DNA from: the human T2T-CHM13v2.0 reference genome, Homo sapiens
DNA: 64,000 nucleotides
Assembly (NCBI RefSeq): GCF_009914755.1
Contig: NC_060947.1
Reading direction: 5' to 3' (one strand)
Below, in pieces: positions 43,333-59,920 of this stretch. Below the pieces are notes generated by a model that saw only the letters and a program-made list of their open reading frames with translations, was not told the DNA's origin and made no database searches. Position 1 is the stretch's first letter; every line of letters begins with the position of its first letter. Both the position numbers and the translations under genes were made by a program.

Positions 43333-43343
43333 CTCTGGGTAGC

Positions 43344-43762
43344 TGTGATGGTTAATACTGAGTGTCAACTTGATTGGATTGAAGGATGCAAAGTATTGAT
43401 CCTGGGTGTGTCTGTGAGGGTGTTGCCAAAAAAGATTAACATTTGAGTCAGTGGGCTGGGAAAGGCAGACCCACCCTTAATCTGGGTGGGCACCTTTAAT
43501 CAGCTGCCAGCATGGCTAGAATATAAAGCAGGCAGAAAAACATGAGAAGACTAGACTGGCCTAGCCTCCCAGCCTACATCTTTCTTCTGTGCTGGATGCT
43601 TCCTGCCCTCGAACATCAGACTCCAGGTTCTTCAGTTTTGGGACTTGGACTGGCTTTCCTTGCTCCTCAGCTTGCAGATGGCCTACTGTGGGACATTGTG
43701 ATTATGTGAGTTAATACTTAATAAACTCAGTTCTGTCCCTCTAGAGAACCCTGACTAATAAA
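43344..43762 (+). mobile_element. MLT2A solo LTR (HERV-L)
   Basis: TGTGATGGTTAATACTGAGTGTCAACTTGATTGGATTG...CTAGAGAACCCTGACTAATA; 5-bp TSD GTAGC (43339-43343 / 43763-43767). Confidence 0.92.
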
Positions 43763-44149
43763 GTAGCTTTTGACAATGCTGACCACACTCTACTTTCTGA
43801 AACCCTCTCCTCTCTCACCATTTTTAGTCTCTGGCTTCTCTATTCCACCAACATCTCTGATTGCCTTTTCTCTCTTACCCCGTAAGTGTTGTTGCTCCCT
43901 GGTTTGAATCTTTTGCTTACCTCTTTTGGTGTCTGACTTCACTCTACAGACTAGAGGCTAGGTCTTTAGTTTCTAGATTTCTTTTGAGTTCTGAGCTTCA
44001 CCTCGTCTTATCTCTGCAAACAGAAACCCCAGATAGCTGCTCATTCCTGCTCCAACTCTTGCTTCTGTTTCAGGGCCCAGTGTCTCAGCAAAGACTTAGA
44101 ACATGGTGCTACTTTCTTCCTCTCCCAAGAAGTCATGTGAGTCACTGTG

Positions 44150-45302
<1,153 letters not shown>

Positions 45303-45966
45303 CCTATCATTTCTTCTAATGTGACTTACCATTTTCTTATGTTCTAACCTGTATGTATAAACCAACAAAAATGCAATTTCAAAATTTATATGCTAACAAT
45401 AATAAAAATAACAGTAGCTTCTATATGTTGGCCCATGGGCTTGTCCTGCCTGACTAGACACAACATTATAGAGGTGCAATGTTGCAAGGAACATTTTCAA
45501 AGACTTTGAGAATGTGGCTGATGCAAGCTTGTGCTGTCATTTCAGTCTTTAAGAGTCGGCTTAGGGCTTGTTTGCAACTGACATCCTCGTGTGTTATGGC
45601 TGTGATTTTAAAAGAGAATAGAGATACATGTATGTAAACCACATTCATGTTCAGTTCATACTAGATCTTTAACATTAATTTTGATTGACCAAAAATATTA
45701 TTCAGTTCTCGTAATCTGGCAGAGAAATGTCTGTCATTAGTTCTGTGGGGCTACAACAAAGGCTTGAGGTGTCGAGGAATCAGGCAGAGGCAAATCCTTT
45801 TCAGGTTCCTGCTAGATAACAGATGTTTGCATTATAAAGGAAAACTAAACACAACTGGAATAATTGGGCGCGGCATTCAGAACTGTCACTTCTGCAAGTG
45901 CACCATAGGAAGAAGGCCTCTGCTCTTCCTCTGAGAATCAAGAGGTGGTCTCAAAATTGCGAGCTT

Positions 45967-46306
<340 letters not shown>

Positions 46307-47114
46307 TTAAACAAACATCACCCATTCTACTGGTCAAACACACCTTCCTAACACCAGCGTGAGAGGAATGAAAAGGTAGAGCGCTTCAAGGGTGTCTGGC
46401 CCTCTTCCATTTTCTACCTGGAAAAAATATCTTCATCCACGTACTGCTGTTTGCTTATAACAATTGTGCCCTGTATTATCTGAGTCTCGAGGCCAGTGCT
46501 AACACAGCTGCATACCTGAACAATGACTCACCCCTAAAGTCATTTTCAAGACACCCTGACCATGAGTTTGTTATGGAAATAAAGAAAAAGTTTATGATTT
46601 CAGGGAGACTTGTCCTCCAAAGAGGCAGAGTCCTCAATATGTAATAATAATTAATAGAAATTTCTCTTGTGTTTTTTTAGGGTGGAGCAGCAGATGATCT
46701 TTTTAAAGTGTTTTTAATTGTTAAACTTTTTGGAACACATCCATTTATGTGGTTCAAATATCAAAAGAATATGAAAAATACAGTCCCATTCGACTGATTG
46801 CCCTCACTCTCTTGGGATAATGCTTTTTATTAGTTTCTTGTTTAACCTCCGATATATATGCAAAAACAAATATATAGTTGTAATGTCCCCTCCTCTTACA
46901 CAGTTGGTATTATAAATCATCTTCCTAATATAATATTCTTAAACTTAACATTGTTATTACAAGAATAATGCATATTTATTTGTTTCAAATAAATCAAACA
47001 GTATAGAATGGACTGAAAGAGAAAGGGAAAGTTCCTCTTTCAACTCATTTTCCAGAGATAGCTACTGTGAACAGTTTTATGTGAATCATTCCAGATGTTT
47101 TCTAATAATAGTGT

Positions 47115-47385
47115 TAGTGGCAAGAGCTGCTTGTGAAAGTTTTTGGAAAATTGAGAGCCGGTTGTTAAACGAAGTCACTATTAAATGATATAAACTTACA
47201 ATAAAATAAATTATATGAAAAGTAAAGGTAATAAATGCTTAAAATGCATCACCGCCTAATTATTTTACACATTTTACTATTACTATGCTCTTAGGGTTAC
47301 TTACATCTACTATATCTGTATGGTGGAAATACTATAAAATGCTGGCTGCAGGCATCTCTTCCCAACTCCTCTTGACGACTTTACA
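47115..47385 (+). mobile_element. MER63 hAT fragment
   Basis: GAGCCGGTTGTTAAAC, ATCTGTATGGTGGAAATACTATA, CATCTCTTCCCAACTCC. Confidence 0.75.
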
Positions 47386-47395
47386 CCTCTACTGA

Positions 47396-47864
47396 TGCTA
47401 TGGTTTAAATGTTTGTCCCCTCTAAAACTCATGTTGAAACTTAATCCCCAATGTGGCGGAATTGAGAGGAGGGGCCATTAAGAATTGATTGAATCATAGG
47501 GCCCTACCCTCAAGAACGGACTAATTCATTCACAGATTAATGAATTAATGGGTTGTGATGTGAGGGGACTGGTGGCTTTATAAGAAGAGGAAGAGAGACC
47601 TCAGCTAGCATGCTCAGCCCCCTTGCCATGTGATGCCCTGTACCGCCTCAGGACTCTGCAGAGAGTCCCCACTGACAAGAAGGCCCTCACCCCAGATGTG
47701 GCCCTTCAACCTGGGACCAGCCTCCATAACTGTAAGAAATAAATTCTGTCCGGGCATGGTGGCTCATGCCTGTAATCCCAGTGCTTTGGGAGGAAAAGGT
47801 GGGAGGATTACTGGAGGCTAGGAGTTGGAGACCAGCCTAAGCAACACAGCAAGATCCCGTTTCT

Positions 47865-47896
<32 letters not shown>

Positions 47897-48127
47897 TTAG
47901 CTGGGCATGATGGCATGCACCAGTGGTCCTAGCTACTCAGGAGGCTGAGCCCAGTAGTTTGAGGGTGCAGTGAGCTATCATGCACCACTGCATTCCAGCC
48001 TGAGTGACAGAGAGAGACCCTGTATCTAAGGAATAATAATAGCAAATAAATAGAAAAAAATCATTTTCTCTATAAATTATCCAGTTTCAAGTATTCTGTC
48101 ATAAGCCACAGAAAATGGGCTAAGACA
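47396..48127 (+). mobile_element. MST (MaLR) LTR interrupted by AluJ (47747-48050)
   Basis: TGCTATGGTTT..ATGTTTGTCCCCTC.AAAACTCATGTTGAAAC...GAAAATGGGCTAAGACA. Confidence 0.85.
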
Positions 48128-48661
48128 ATTGACATAGTATATAAAATATAACCCCCCAAAATGACTCAAAAATAAGAAACGTAAAGGTGCAACTAAAATG
48201 CCAATACAATACTTTTAAATTTAAAGAAAATTAGCATTACAGTAAATGGCATTGCTTAGTCAGGAAAAAACGTGGCTAACTCTCATGGATGTACAAATGC
48301 CCTTTTCCTTTTTTTATTCAAATACCCAAGTAGACAAGACCTGTCTTCCCTCATCCTGGAAAGCCCCCTCTTTGATTTGACAAATATTCTATGTAGATGC
48401 TCTCTCCTCTAGGAGGGAGAGATTAATCTCCCCAACATTCACACTTGAAGGCGGGCTAGATTTAGTAACTTACTGACAAAAATCCTTGTATGGAACCAGA
48501 AGGGAAAAACAGTAATATTACAGTAGAGAAATTTGGCAAACACCCCTTTAACTAACTGATGAAGACTAACATCACGAGTGATGTCATGCAGACATCATGT
48601 ACCCTCCAATATGTTGTGATGAGAAGGGCACTTCACTGACTCCAAAAACCCATATCCCCAG

Positions 48662-49306
48662 TGTACAAGAGGAAAAGTTTCCTCAGTGCTCCTAGGGTTC
48701 ATGGCTAGGTCTGAAATAAAACTGACAAAGACAGATTAACAGGAAAAAACGTACACATTTATTTAATCAAAGTTTTACGTGACACAAGAGCCTTCAGAAA
48801 TGAAGAGCCAAAGACCCAGGGAAAACTTTCCATTTCATGCTTAGGTTCAACGAAGAATGGACAGCCATGCAGCAATGTGATTGGACAAAAGGGTATCATC
48901 TAATGGTAACAGACTAAGGTGGGAAACCCAGTAAGGCCTCTCTATTCCAATTCTTCTTGGTCTCTCTGTGTAGCTTTCCTTCCTCCTGAGTATGGAGCAG
49001 GACCCCTCTGGAGTGAGGGTCTTATGACCTACAGTCAGACAAGGTAGGTCAGAGAATTTCTTTATGATCAGCTCCTACACAGAAAGGCGAAGACATTTAA
49101 TACTTCCAGGCTCTGTGGCTTGATCTGAGGAACAGGAGTTCTAGTTTCTATGGCTTCCTTTGGGGGAGAAAGAGGAACAGGAGAAAGAAGAGTAGGAGAA
49201 GGTCAGAGAGAGATCTTGTTTCTGAGGCCCTGTCAATCTCCTTCAGTTCAAAGTATTCGTTGTGACAAGGCACCATATTTTGCGGTATTGTGTCTGAGCT
49301 CTGACA
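48662..49306 (-). mobile_element. MER34/MER39-group ERV1 LTR inserted in an old L1 fragment (~48400-49580)
   Basis: Minus-strand start TGTCAGAGCTCAGACACAATACCGCAAAATATGGTG; L1MC-type sequence on both sides. Confidence 0.6.
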
Positions 49307-49588
49307 TCAGTCTAATGGAGAAAACATCAGGCAAACCCAAATTGAGGGACATTCTACAATATAGCTTACTGGTACTGCTGAAAATTGTCAAGGTCATGAA
49401 AAGACAAAAAAAAAAAAAAAAACTCACAGAGGAGAGAAGACCAAGGGGACATGACAACTAAATGCAATGTGCTATTCTATGAACAGCAAGAACAGAACAG
49501 AGAGAAGAAAGAAGTATTTAAGGAAGATATTTAACAGAAAATCTGATGAAATTGGAATAAAGTCTTGAGTTTTGTTAATAATTTCATA

Positions 49589-49889
49589 CTTTTTTTTTTT
49601 TTTTTTGAGACAGGGTCTTACTCTGTTGCCCAGACCGTAGTGCAGTGGCACAATCTTGGCTCACCCACAACCTCCACCTCCCAGGATCAAGCGATTCTCC
49701 TGCCTCAGCCTCCCGAGTAGCTGGGACTACAGGCATGCACCACCATGCCCAGCTAATTTGTGTACTTTTAGTAGAGACAGGGTTTCACCATGTTGGCCAG
49801 GCTGGTCTTGAACTCCTGACCTGAAACGATCCACCTTCTTCGACCTCCCAAAGTGTTGGGATTACAGGCATGAGCCAATGAGCCCAGCC
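49589..49889 (-). mobile_element. AluS
   Basis: Reverse Alu consensus. Confidence 0.93.
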
Positions 49890-52109
49890 AACAATTTTGT
49901 ACTATGGTTAATTTCTTAGTTGTGACAAGTATACCATGCCATAAGAGTTTAACAATGGAGAAATTGGATGAGGAATAAATGGGAACTCTGTTCTTAAAGT
50001 TTATTTCATAAAGCCAAACAACAAAAAGATAACATCTTTTTATTGGATATCGAGTATTCAACATAAATTTGTTTTTTATAATTCAATACTCCTCATGTAC
50101 TGTTCTTGTGCAGACCAAACGTTAACGTGGTAAAGACCTGTTTTCTATTTGCAGCAGGATATGACAGGTTGTTTAGTGTATAATGCAGCTAAAATCAAGA
50201 CTATAGGTTTGACAAGGGCTTCTTAATTCTGTTTGATTCCATATTCATAGTCTCAGTCCTAGCTTTGTCCAGAGAGACCTTGTACAAATGTATACTGTTT
50301 GAATCGGAGTGGGTAAATGCTCTCTGTCCTCTCCTCCCCAGCCTCCCAGAAAATAACTGAAAGCACATGTTCTCTTGAAGGAGAGCCAGCAGTGCTATCT
50401 TTTTGTATGAAGACTTGCTTGATTATAATTAAAACTTTCATTTGACTATTAAAAGTAAAGAACAGCTATAAATTAAGGTAGCAATATTAAAACCTCTGGA
50501 GGTAAGTCTAAAAAGCCTCTCTGTAATTAGAGAACTACAAAACTTAAGGAACACTAATTCTTTTCGGCGTCAAGGTCTCATTTTGCCAGGAAGCTGGTAT
50601 TTTGTAAATTGCAGCTCTTCCAGGGCTGAGGACAGATTTTGATTCTTGCTTATAACTGTTACCTGAAATTTTTTGCCCTTTATGAACTGGGCTATGAATT
50701 AGAAGACTGATTTCTTATCCTGATTGAATATGTGAGGATTTGGGTGGCCTAGGTTATGTCATGACCCCTGTAGATTAGAGTTTCCAAATTTGTCTAGCTA
50801 GATGTTGGCCTATTAACCTTCTTTGGCTCTTCCAGTTCAAAAGAGTTGAAGTTTTTGTATTAATGAAAATAATACTTCCTAACACCACTTCTCCTTAAAA
50901 ATAGAAGGCATTAGTTAACCTTGGGCAGTGGATTTGGTTAGTAATAGTTTGTATATTCTTCCCTGCACTTTACCTTTCCAAATGCATGTGTGTATATCTA
51001 AATATAAATGTATGTGTGTATACATATATATACATACACATCATACATGTGAACACATACACACATATATAGTCATTTCACTTTAATATGATGAAAAATA
51101 AAATAAAAATTTGTATTTGAAACCACAATAAGGACATATACCAATAGATTTCTTATTAAGTCTTACTAAGTTAAACTAGGGAATTGTGGTCTGATGGGCC
51201 TTATCCTTCACTTTAAGGAGAATTTTGCCAGGACAATCTGAAAAGTCTAAATTGGCCTTGAGTTCATTCCCTGTCTTTTTCCATTTGACAGTCTTAATAT
51301 TTGTACTTTCTCTTTATAGATCTTACTCCTTAGTTTTTATCTCTTTTTTTCTCCACTGGATTAAAACAAACAATGAGCTTTAAAAAGAACACTTCTTCTG
51401 GTAGATATCTCCAGAGAGCTTATATTTACTTTAAACTGAATTCTTGCCAGACCGCCCAAGTGGATACTCCTGATTTTTCATTATCCATCAACATATTACA
51501 CCATAATGGATACAATGGCATACAAATTGTGTAGCCAAGCACCAAGCAAAGCCTTGACAGTCCACTAGGACAAGACAGAATTTTGAGAACATTTTTCTGT
51601 TTAGTTCTAGAAAAATGGTCCACATCTTTCTCTCTTTCTCTCCCTCCCTCTTTCTTTCCTTTCTCTTCTTTTTGATGTTTGTAAAAGGCAATATTACACC
51701 TATAGTAATTTAACACCTAAGAATTTGGACTCTGAGAAATGGGACTGACACTTGCCATGTTTCCCATTGGCTAAGGAGATACCTTTTCTAAGAATATGCA
51801 AACACTGGTAATCCAATCCTTTACGTCTTTTAAAGCTACGCTTGTTTGTTTTATAACATAATGCCAGCAGGACGTTAAGGTCAGCTATATCAGAGATTAA
51901 ACTGTATATTTGCACTCAAAGCAATAGATGAGGAAGTGGAAAAACCAGACGTATGAGTTTGTCCATGATTATCTTAAGTTGGCAGTGATCTGAATATGGC
52001 TGGGTCACTTGATTATCTTGGTTGATTGCCACCAATCATATTTAAGGATTCTGCCATCACATGGCCATTTTTCATAATACTGACTTGTGTATGTTAAAGA
52101 GTATAAAGG

Positions 52110-52235
52110 AGCCAGGCCTGATAGTGCATGCCTGTAGTCTCAGTTGCTTGGGAGGCTGAGGTAGGAGAATTGCTTGAGTCCAGGAGATTGAGACCAGCCT
52201 AGGCAACATAGTAAGGCCCCGTCTCTAAAAAAAAA
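52110..52235 (+). mobile_element. FLAM-type Alu monomer
   Basis: Single arm + A tail. Confidence 0.8.
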
Positions 52236-52579
52236 TTAATTAAATTATTAAAAAATAGTCTAAAGGACTCTGGTAATTTTAATAGACTATCTGGATCTTC
52301 AGTTGTAAGAACCACAAGACATATTTCAGTTTCTTGAGTTTATTGTGCAGAATGAAATGCACATGTAGAACCAGTTCCATTAGCAAAAGTCAAATCAGTC
52401 TCCTCTTTGAAGATGTAGCATGATTTGTGGACCTGACCATTATAAGGGCATCTTTTGCTAATTTAATACATATCTATATACCTACTGCTACTTTTGTATC
52501 CATAACATTTTTTATTCCATAAAGAGAAATACCTTCCACAATGATTAAGTCATTAACTCTGATAGCATCTCATTATAAA

Positions 52580-53463
52580 TCAGGAGTCAGCAATCTCTGG
52601 CCCAAGAGCACAAAACGGTTAGCTACCTGTTTTTCTACAACCTGAGAGCTGAGAACAGTATTTACATTTTTAAAGGACTGGAAAACAAATGAAAAGAAGA
52701 ATACTATTTCTTGGCATGCAGAAATTATATGACATTCTCCTACCATTTGATCCAGCAATCCCATTATTGGGTATATGCCCAAAGGAATATAAATCATTCT
52801 ATTATAAAGATACATGCACGCATATGTTCACTGCAGCACTATTCACAATATCAAAAATGTGGACTCAACCTAAATGTCCATCAATGGTAGACTGGATAAA
52901 GAAAATGTGGTACATATGCACCATGGAATACTATGCAGCCATAGAAAAGAACGAGATCATATCCTTTGTAGGGACATGGATGGAGCTGGAAGCCATTATC
53001 CTTAGCAAACTAATGCAGTAACAAAAAACCAAGTACCGTGTGTTCTCACTTATAAGTGGGAGCTAAATGATGAGAACACGTGGACACATAGAGGGGAACA
53101 ACACACACTGGGGCCTATTGAAGGGTGGAGGATGGGAGGAGGGAGAGGATCTGGAAAAATCATTATTGGGTACTAGGTTAATACCTGGATGACAAAATAA
53201 TCTGGATGACAAAGCCCTGAGACACAAGTTCATCTGTATAACAAACCTGCCCATGTAGCCCTGAACTTAAAAGTTAAAAAAAAAAAGCATATGAAATTCT
53301 CATTTTAGCATCCGTAAGTAAAGCTTTCTTGGCCCACAGCTGTACTCATTTATTTACAGTTTATCTACAGCTGCTTTCCTCTTAAAATGGCAGAGTTGAG
53401 TAGCTGCCTCCAAACAGAAAATATTTACTATATGGCCCACTTCAGAAAGTTTGCTGCCCCCTG
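52580..53463 (+). mobile_element. MER58B split by an L1 insertion
   Basis: CAGGAGTCAGCAA... left part; AAAGCTTTCTTGG..CACAGC, GCAGAGTTGAGTAG, AAAATATTTACTAT, AAAGTTTGCTG right part. Confidence 0.75.
52740..53287 (+). mobile_element. 5'-truncated primate L1PA 3' end
   Basis: ORF2 C-terminal remnant PFDPAIPLLGI...WIKKMWYI.TMEYYAAI...WMELE.IILSKL, 3' UTR and A-tail; degenerate TSD ATATGA(C/A)ATTCTC. Confidence 0.92.
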
Positions 53464-54299
53464 GTATCAACAAAGTGGTTTTCAGAAGGAACCCTGAGGC
53501 GCAGCATGGAATGTGTAGACACGTAAAAATTATGACAATGGACTGACGTGGATTTACAAGCCTAACTTCTCACAGGATGTAATTCCTAGTGGAACACCTT
53601 ACATGAGCAGAAAAAACAAAAATCTGGAGGAAAAAAAAACAAAGATGGAAAACCTGAACTTTGTGAACTTTTGGAGAGTAGAGCGTGAAGACTGAAGAAA
53701 TATTGTACATATTGCCAAGATGTGCCCTTTCTCCATAGCACACTTTCCTTCTTAAAGTGGAGCTGGGCAGTCTGGAGGTAAACACTAACCCTGTGCTGAT
53801 TGACTGATGTATGATGGACATATAACTGTGATTCTAGTCTGAGTAGGAAGTGATGAGAATGGCCTTTGAATGTCTAGTATCTGAAAGCAAACATACATTA
53901 GGGGTCCCGTGAGAAGGCTGAGTATCTATCCCTCCATCAATGGCCCCTTAGAAATACTACGGTCACGCTTTAAAAAAGCCTGCCTCCACCTTTGATTTTA
54001 TAGATATTTTAGTCCATTTGGAAGGGGATAACTAAGATTTAAGTTTCAATACTTGTTGTGACCCCTCCATCAGGGAAGAGATTGGCAGTAGCAGAAGAGG
54101 GATGTGGCTAAGAACAACGGTCATCCTTTCTCATTTCCAGAGTGTGTGTGTGTGTCGTGTGTCTCATGTTTTATTTTGGGATATTCTCTTGGTATGGTAG
54201 TTCATGTGCATAATTTATAAATATGTAATACATTTTGGTATATATTTGTGTATTCACACTTTTTATGGATACTTCTGTTTGTGTTATCAGTTTACACGT

Positions 54300-54830
54300 G
54301 TCTTGACTTAATTTTCTGTTCCTGTATAACAGATTAGCACATATTCAGTGGCTTCAAAAAACACATTTGTTATTTCATTGTTTCTTCCATTAGAAGTCTG
54401 GAAATGGCTTAGCTGGATCCTTAGCTCAGGGTCACACATGGCTGAAATCAAGGTGTCAGCCTGGGCTGGATTCTTATCTGGAAGCTTGGGGTCATCTTCC
54501 AAGCTCAAGTGGTTGTTGGCAGAATTCTTTGTCTTGAAGTTGTACAACTCGTGATGACTTGCATCTTCAAGGTCAGCAGAAGAGAGTCTCTATGATTCAG
54601 AGAAGGCCTAAGCCCTCTTTTAAAGAATGTCCAACTGATTAAGTCAGGCCCACCCTGGATAATTTTCCATTTGATTCCTTAAAGCTGACTGATTTGGGAC
54701 CTTAATCACATTTGCAAAACTCCTTCAATTTTGCCATAAAACCTAACATAATCAGGGAGTGACATCGATCACCTTTGTCAAATAACATAACCGAAGAATC
54801 ATGGTGTAACACCACAGGGCTGAGATTATA
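54300..54830 (-). mobile_element. MLT1-family MaLR LTR
   Basis: GGCTGAAATCAAGGTGTCAGC, GTTGTTGGCAGAATTC, TCAGGCCCACC, CCTTAATCACATTTGCAAAA. Confidence 0.8.
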
Positions 54831-57800
54831 GGCACCTGTTGAGCAAGACAAGAGTCAGAGAAATCCAGCTTTAGATCTTAGCTCTCCCACTTTCTAGCCA
54901 TGTAATTGCACAAGTGACTTAACCTCTCCATGCCTCAGTACTTTCAACTGTAAACTGGAGATCATTCTAGCAACGTGCTAGCATTCTAACACCTACCAGT
55001 TTGGGCTGGCTTTGGAATTAAGATTATACTTACAAGAGGTCTAACAGTGTGACTGACAAATAGCAAGTGGTCAATAGGCATCAGATATTTCATTAGATAT
55101 TCATTTTCATGCATACATATATTTTATTCATAAAACAGAAAAATAATATGAACCGGAATACATGTCACTGGGTCTCCAAGAAAGCAAGACAAAAAAGGCG
55201 AAATTAGAATGCAAACTGTCTCATTTCATATTACTTTTGTGGTAAGAACAAGCTAGTTCAATAAGTGGCACTTTAACACAAAGTGAGATACTGTAAAAGC
55301 ATGTGCATTCAATAACTCTCAGTTGAATTTAAATCTGGACAGAAGTACTTGCTTCTAAATTGTTAGTGGATTCATTGACTTATTTTCCTAGGCTCAAATC
55401 ATTTATTTAACCAAATTATTCCTTTCCCTTTAGTGTTACCCACAGAAGTATTTTCACATAACAAACATTAGTTTGCCCAGGCGGCCCCTCCCTTCTTCCC
55501 CACTCTAAGATAAAGTCTGTTAATATGAAACCAATAAAGTCAACGTGGAAGTACACTTGCCAAAGATCTTGATAAAGTGCTGTGTAGCAAATGGACAAAT
55601 ATGAATAACAAATCCAGGACCTGCAGTTTCTGTACTGAAAAGTAGTTCTGATCCACCTCCTAGTTTCAAGTTAAAAGCCTGCACTAAGCTCTTCTTCTAT
55701 GAAAGGGAGGAGGAAAAAACAAACACAAACCCCCCAAACAAGAAATCCCTCCCCAAAACACTGCTCTAAATTTGCTCATGTCCTTGGAAGTAAAAAGAAA
55801 CAATTTCCCCTGATTACAGATTTCCTGATACGCAGAGAATGCACAACCCCAAGTTGCCTCGTGCTCACAACAATGGGGCAGACAGAAATGCACACAGAGC
55901 AGGCTTTTGTCCTCTCGGTTATTGTCATCTTATTCCCCAGAATGGCTTCTTGCCTGGTGATGGGCAGAGGGCCTGATTGCTGAGAAACTCTCTTCAGAGG
56001 GACTGGTGTGTGGCTGTGGGTGGTGTTTGGGGACACTGGGAAAGGAAAATTCCTGGGAGCAGGGGCTGTACAGTAGCTGCAGTAACTCAGTTGCCCTGGA
56101 ATTCCTGAAAAGGCTGGGGCTTTGGGCTCTCTTCTATTTCTATCAGAGTGAATAAAAGAGCTAGTTATTCTAAAGCTTTATGGAAAAGGCAAGATAAAGA
56201 GGGGGGAGAGAGGGTGAGAGAGAGAGAACTGCATCAATATACAGCAACATTCTGAGTCTCATTGTCAAGTATTGGCAAACTATCCTAAGTGACATATCCA
56301 GATGTGGCTCAATTTCTCATAGAAATTTTTTTAGAGGGCAGTAGGAACCAAGAGACTATGGGGTAGGTAGATCATGTCTTGCCTTGCCTGAGGATCCCTG
56401 TATATAATCTATTTTTATCATTAAATAATAATAGAAAATAGAATCGTAGAGGCAACCATCCAGAAGTTTCCAAACATCCAAGTGTTTGACATTATGGAAA
56501 TATATAGATACAGACTTTCTGGGCTTTACATGGGCTTGTTATCTATCCTTATTTTTATTTATTTGTTTATTTATAGGTATTTACATGGAGAGGGTGGGAT
56601 AGGTGCATCATGAACCAACTTAATTCATTCAACACTCATTTATGAAGCATCTATTGTGTGTAGGATACTGTGAATGTCACACAAACGAAACACAGGAGCC
56701 CTCTGGCTTTATTTGCAATCCTATCCCAGAGACTATAAAGCTTGGAAGAAGCATCATTCAAAGCCATATTGACATCCATCCACATCACTCAGCTTCTGGA
56801 AAAGTGGGTCAAAAATATTCAATGAGTTACCCAATTCTCGAAGAGAACAAGAGTGAGATAGAATTCGTTGGTAATTCAATAGATTTCGTTAACTCAATTT
56901 CCAGTTTACCAACAGCCAAACCAAAGGCTTCTAAAAGGAGTAAGTCAGCTCTCTGACCTACTCTGATCATTTCTGTGTCTTTTGGAGGAAAAAACAACCA
57001 GCCCAACTGCTCTTAGTAAGGAAAACTGCAACCCGCCAGTCAGATGCAGATTTCACCTCTGAACCGAGTGTTTGGTTTCACCTACACACTTCCTGCCGGG
57101 TGCTTTGCTCATTCAACGTTCAACAGCTGTATCTTTCCCAATTCGATTCATCTCACTTTCTTTTTGGTCATCAGTGGCAAAACAGTATAAAATACCTTTA
57201 TTACTATCTGACGCTCAGCGTTATACCCAAGATTTATCTTTTTAAAAGCCAAGAGACCATTGCATTTATCAAAAGGAGAGTAGTGGGTGCCACTGGGGGC
57301 TCATATTGCCAGTGGATATTGTGAATTACATTAAGAAGATCTGAGAACAAATGTCTTCTGATATCACCTTCTCATATTTGATTACCACTATTTCATGAGT
57401 GCCTTTTATTTTCCTTCTAAACATTTGTGGCATTGTTTTTTTTTTTAAGCAACAGCCAACCTAATATATATTATTTGTGCCACGTGTGGTATTATTGCTA
57501 AGACACTCTATGCGGGTTCTGGTGCAATTTTAGTCTTATATTTCTGAGTTGTTAGAGCCATTTAAGTAGCTTGCCTATGGGGGAATCCTTAAAACAGCTC
57601 TGAATACCTTAGAGAGGTACATTTTAAGTAAGGCTGCATCATCATTTTGGCTATGAGAGTTCCTGGGATGTGGGGGAAAGGATGTTAAATCAGAACCCTC
57701 ACATTATTTAAATGTTTTCATGAAGGATATAATCAAGTGTGCCTCTTGATTCTATTTGAAGATGTGCCAAGCGGCAGGGGCCCTCTTGACAAAAGCGGCC

Positions 57801-58752
57801 AGGAAGTGACTTTTTACTCCCCAGCGACAGCATTTTCAAATTGCTCTTTTCTGCTCAATAAAGGCTAAAAAGGAAGTGAAACCTTTTGTCATATTCTGCA
57901 CCACTGATTTTTTCCAGACGAGCAGAAATGCCTGCCTGTATATCCTTCTAAGGACTGGCTAAGAAAGGGTGGAAAATAACAGGCAAGAAATGTATCTGTT
58001 TGAGTGTCTGTTCTTTGGTTTGGCTATGAAGTAAAACCCAAAAACGACATTGAATTTGGCATTGGAAACTGCAGTGCCATTGTTGCTTTGGGACTGGCTT
58101 AACAAGCCCACAATATTCTAGAAGCATGTGCCCGTCCCAGGAGCCGACTCAGCCATTTCTCAAACATGAAGAGGACTGGGCCGTGCAGTCCTGTTTCCTC
58201 TTCCTGATCTTTGTAGTAGTTACAAGCTGAACAGAAACATGCAAATAAAAATCGAGAACCCTAAAGAGTAAGAAAATCATTTCCAGAAAGACTGATAATA
58301 AATTTCAAGCCATCAGCTCAAATATCACTGATTTAAGTGCATTTGTTCCAGCTCTTTTATAGAATGTGAGGTTAAATACACAAACTTGATATTAGAGTTG
58401 TCCCTGTACTAATTCCCGCATGCGATTCTTTTAAAAAGAAAAATAAAATAGAATGATTTTTAAAAATCTCATCTAGAATGAGAAAACATAAAGTGCTTTT
58501 GGCTTTCCTTTCCCTGATTTTGAAGGGCTTTTTTTTCCGCTTTTCCTTTACTTCCCTACCTTAAAGATGTTTAAATTTAAGCCAGGTGTGAGCTCTGAGA
58601 GAGATCGAAGCTGCATTTTATTTACCTTTGTAGCTCAGACAACCAGAAATGGTAGCGTTAGTATTTGTGGAATGAGTCTTCACCTGACTTATCCTGAAGG
58701 GATGCATCTTCTACTTAGGATAATGTTAGATTTGAATTTTACAAGATCCTGA

Positions 58753-59920
<1,168 letters not shown>

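Noticed and set aside
52689-53021. 110-aa ORF with real protein-like sequence
   Set aside because: It is the L1 ORF2p C-terminal remnant of a truncated insertion, not a gene
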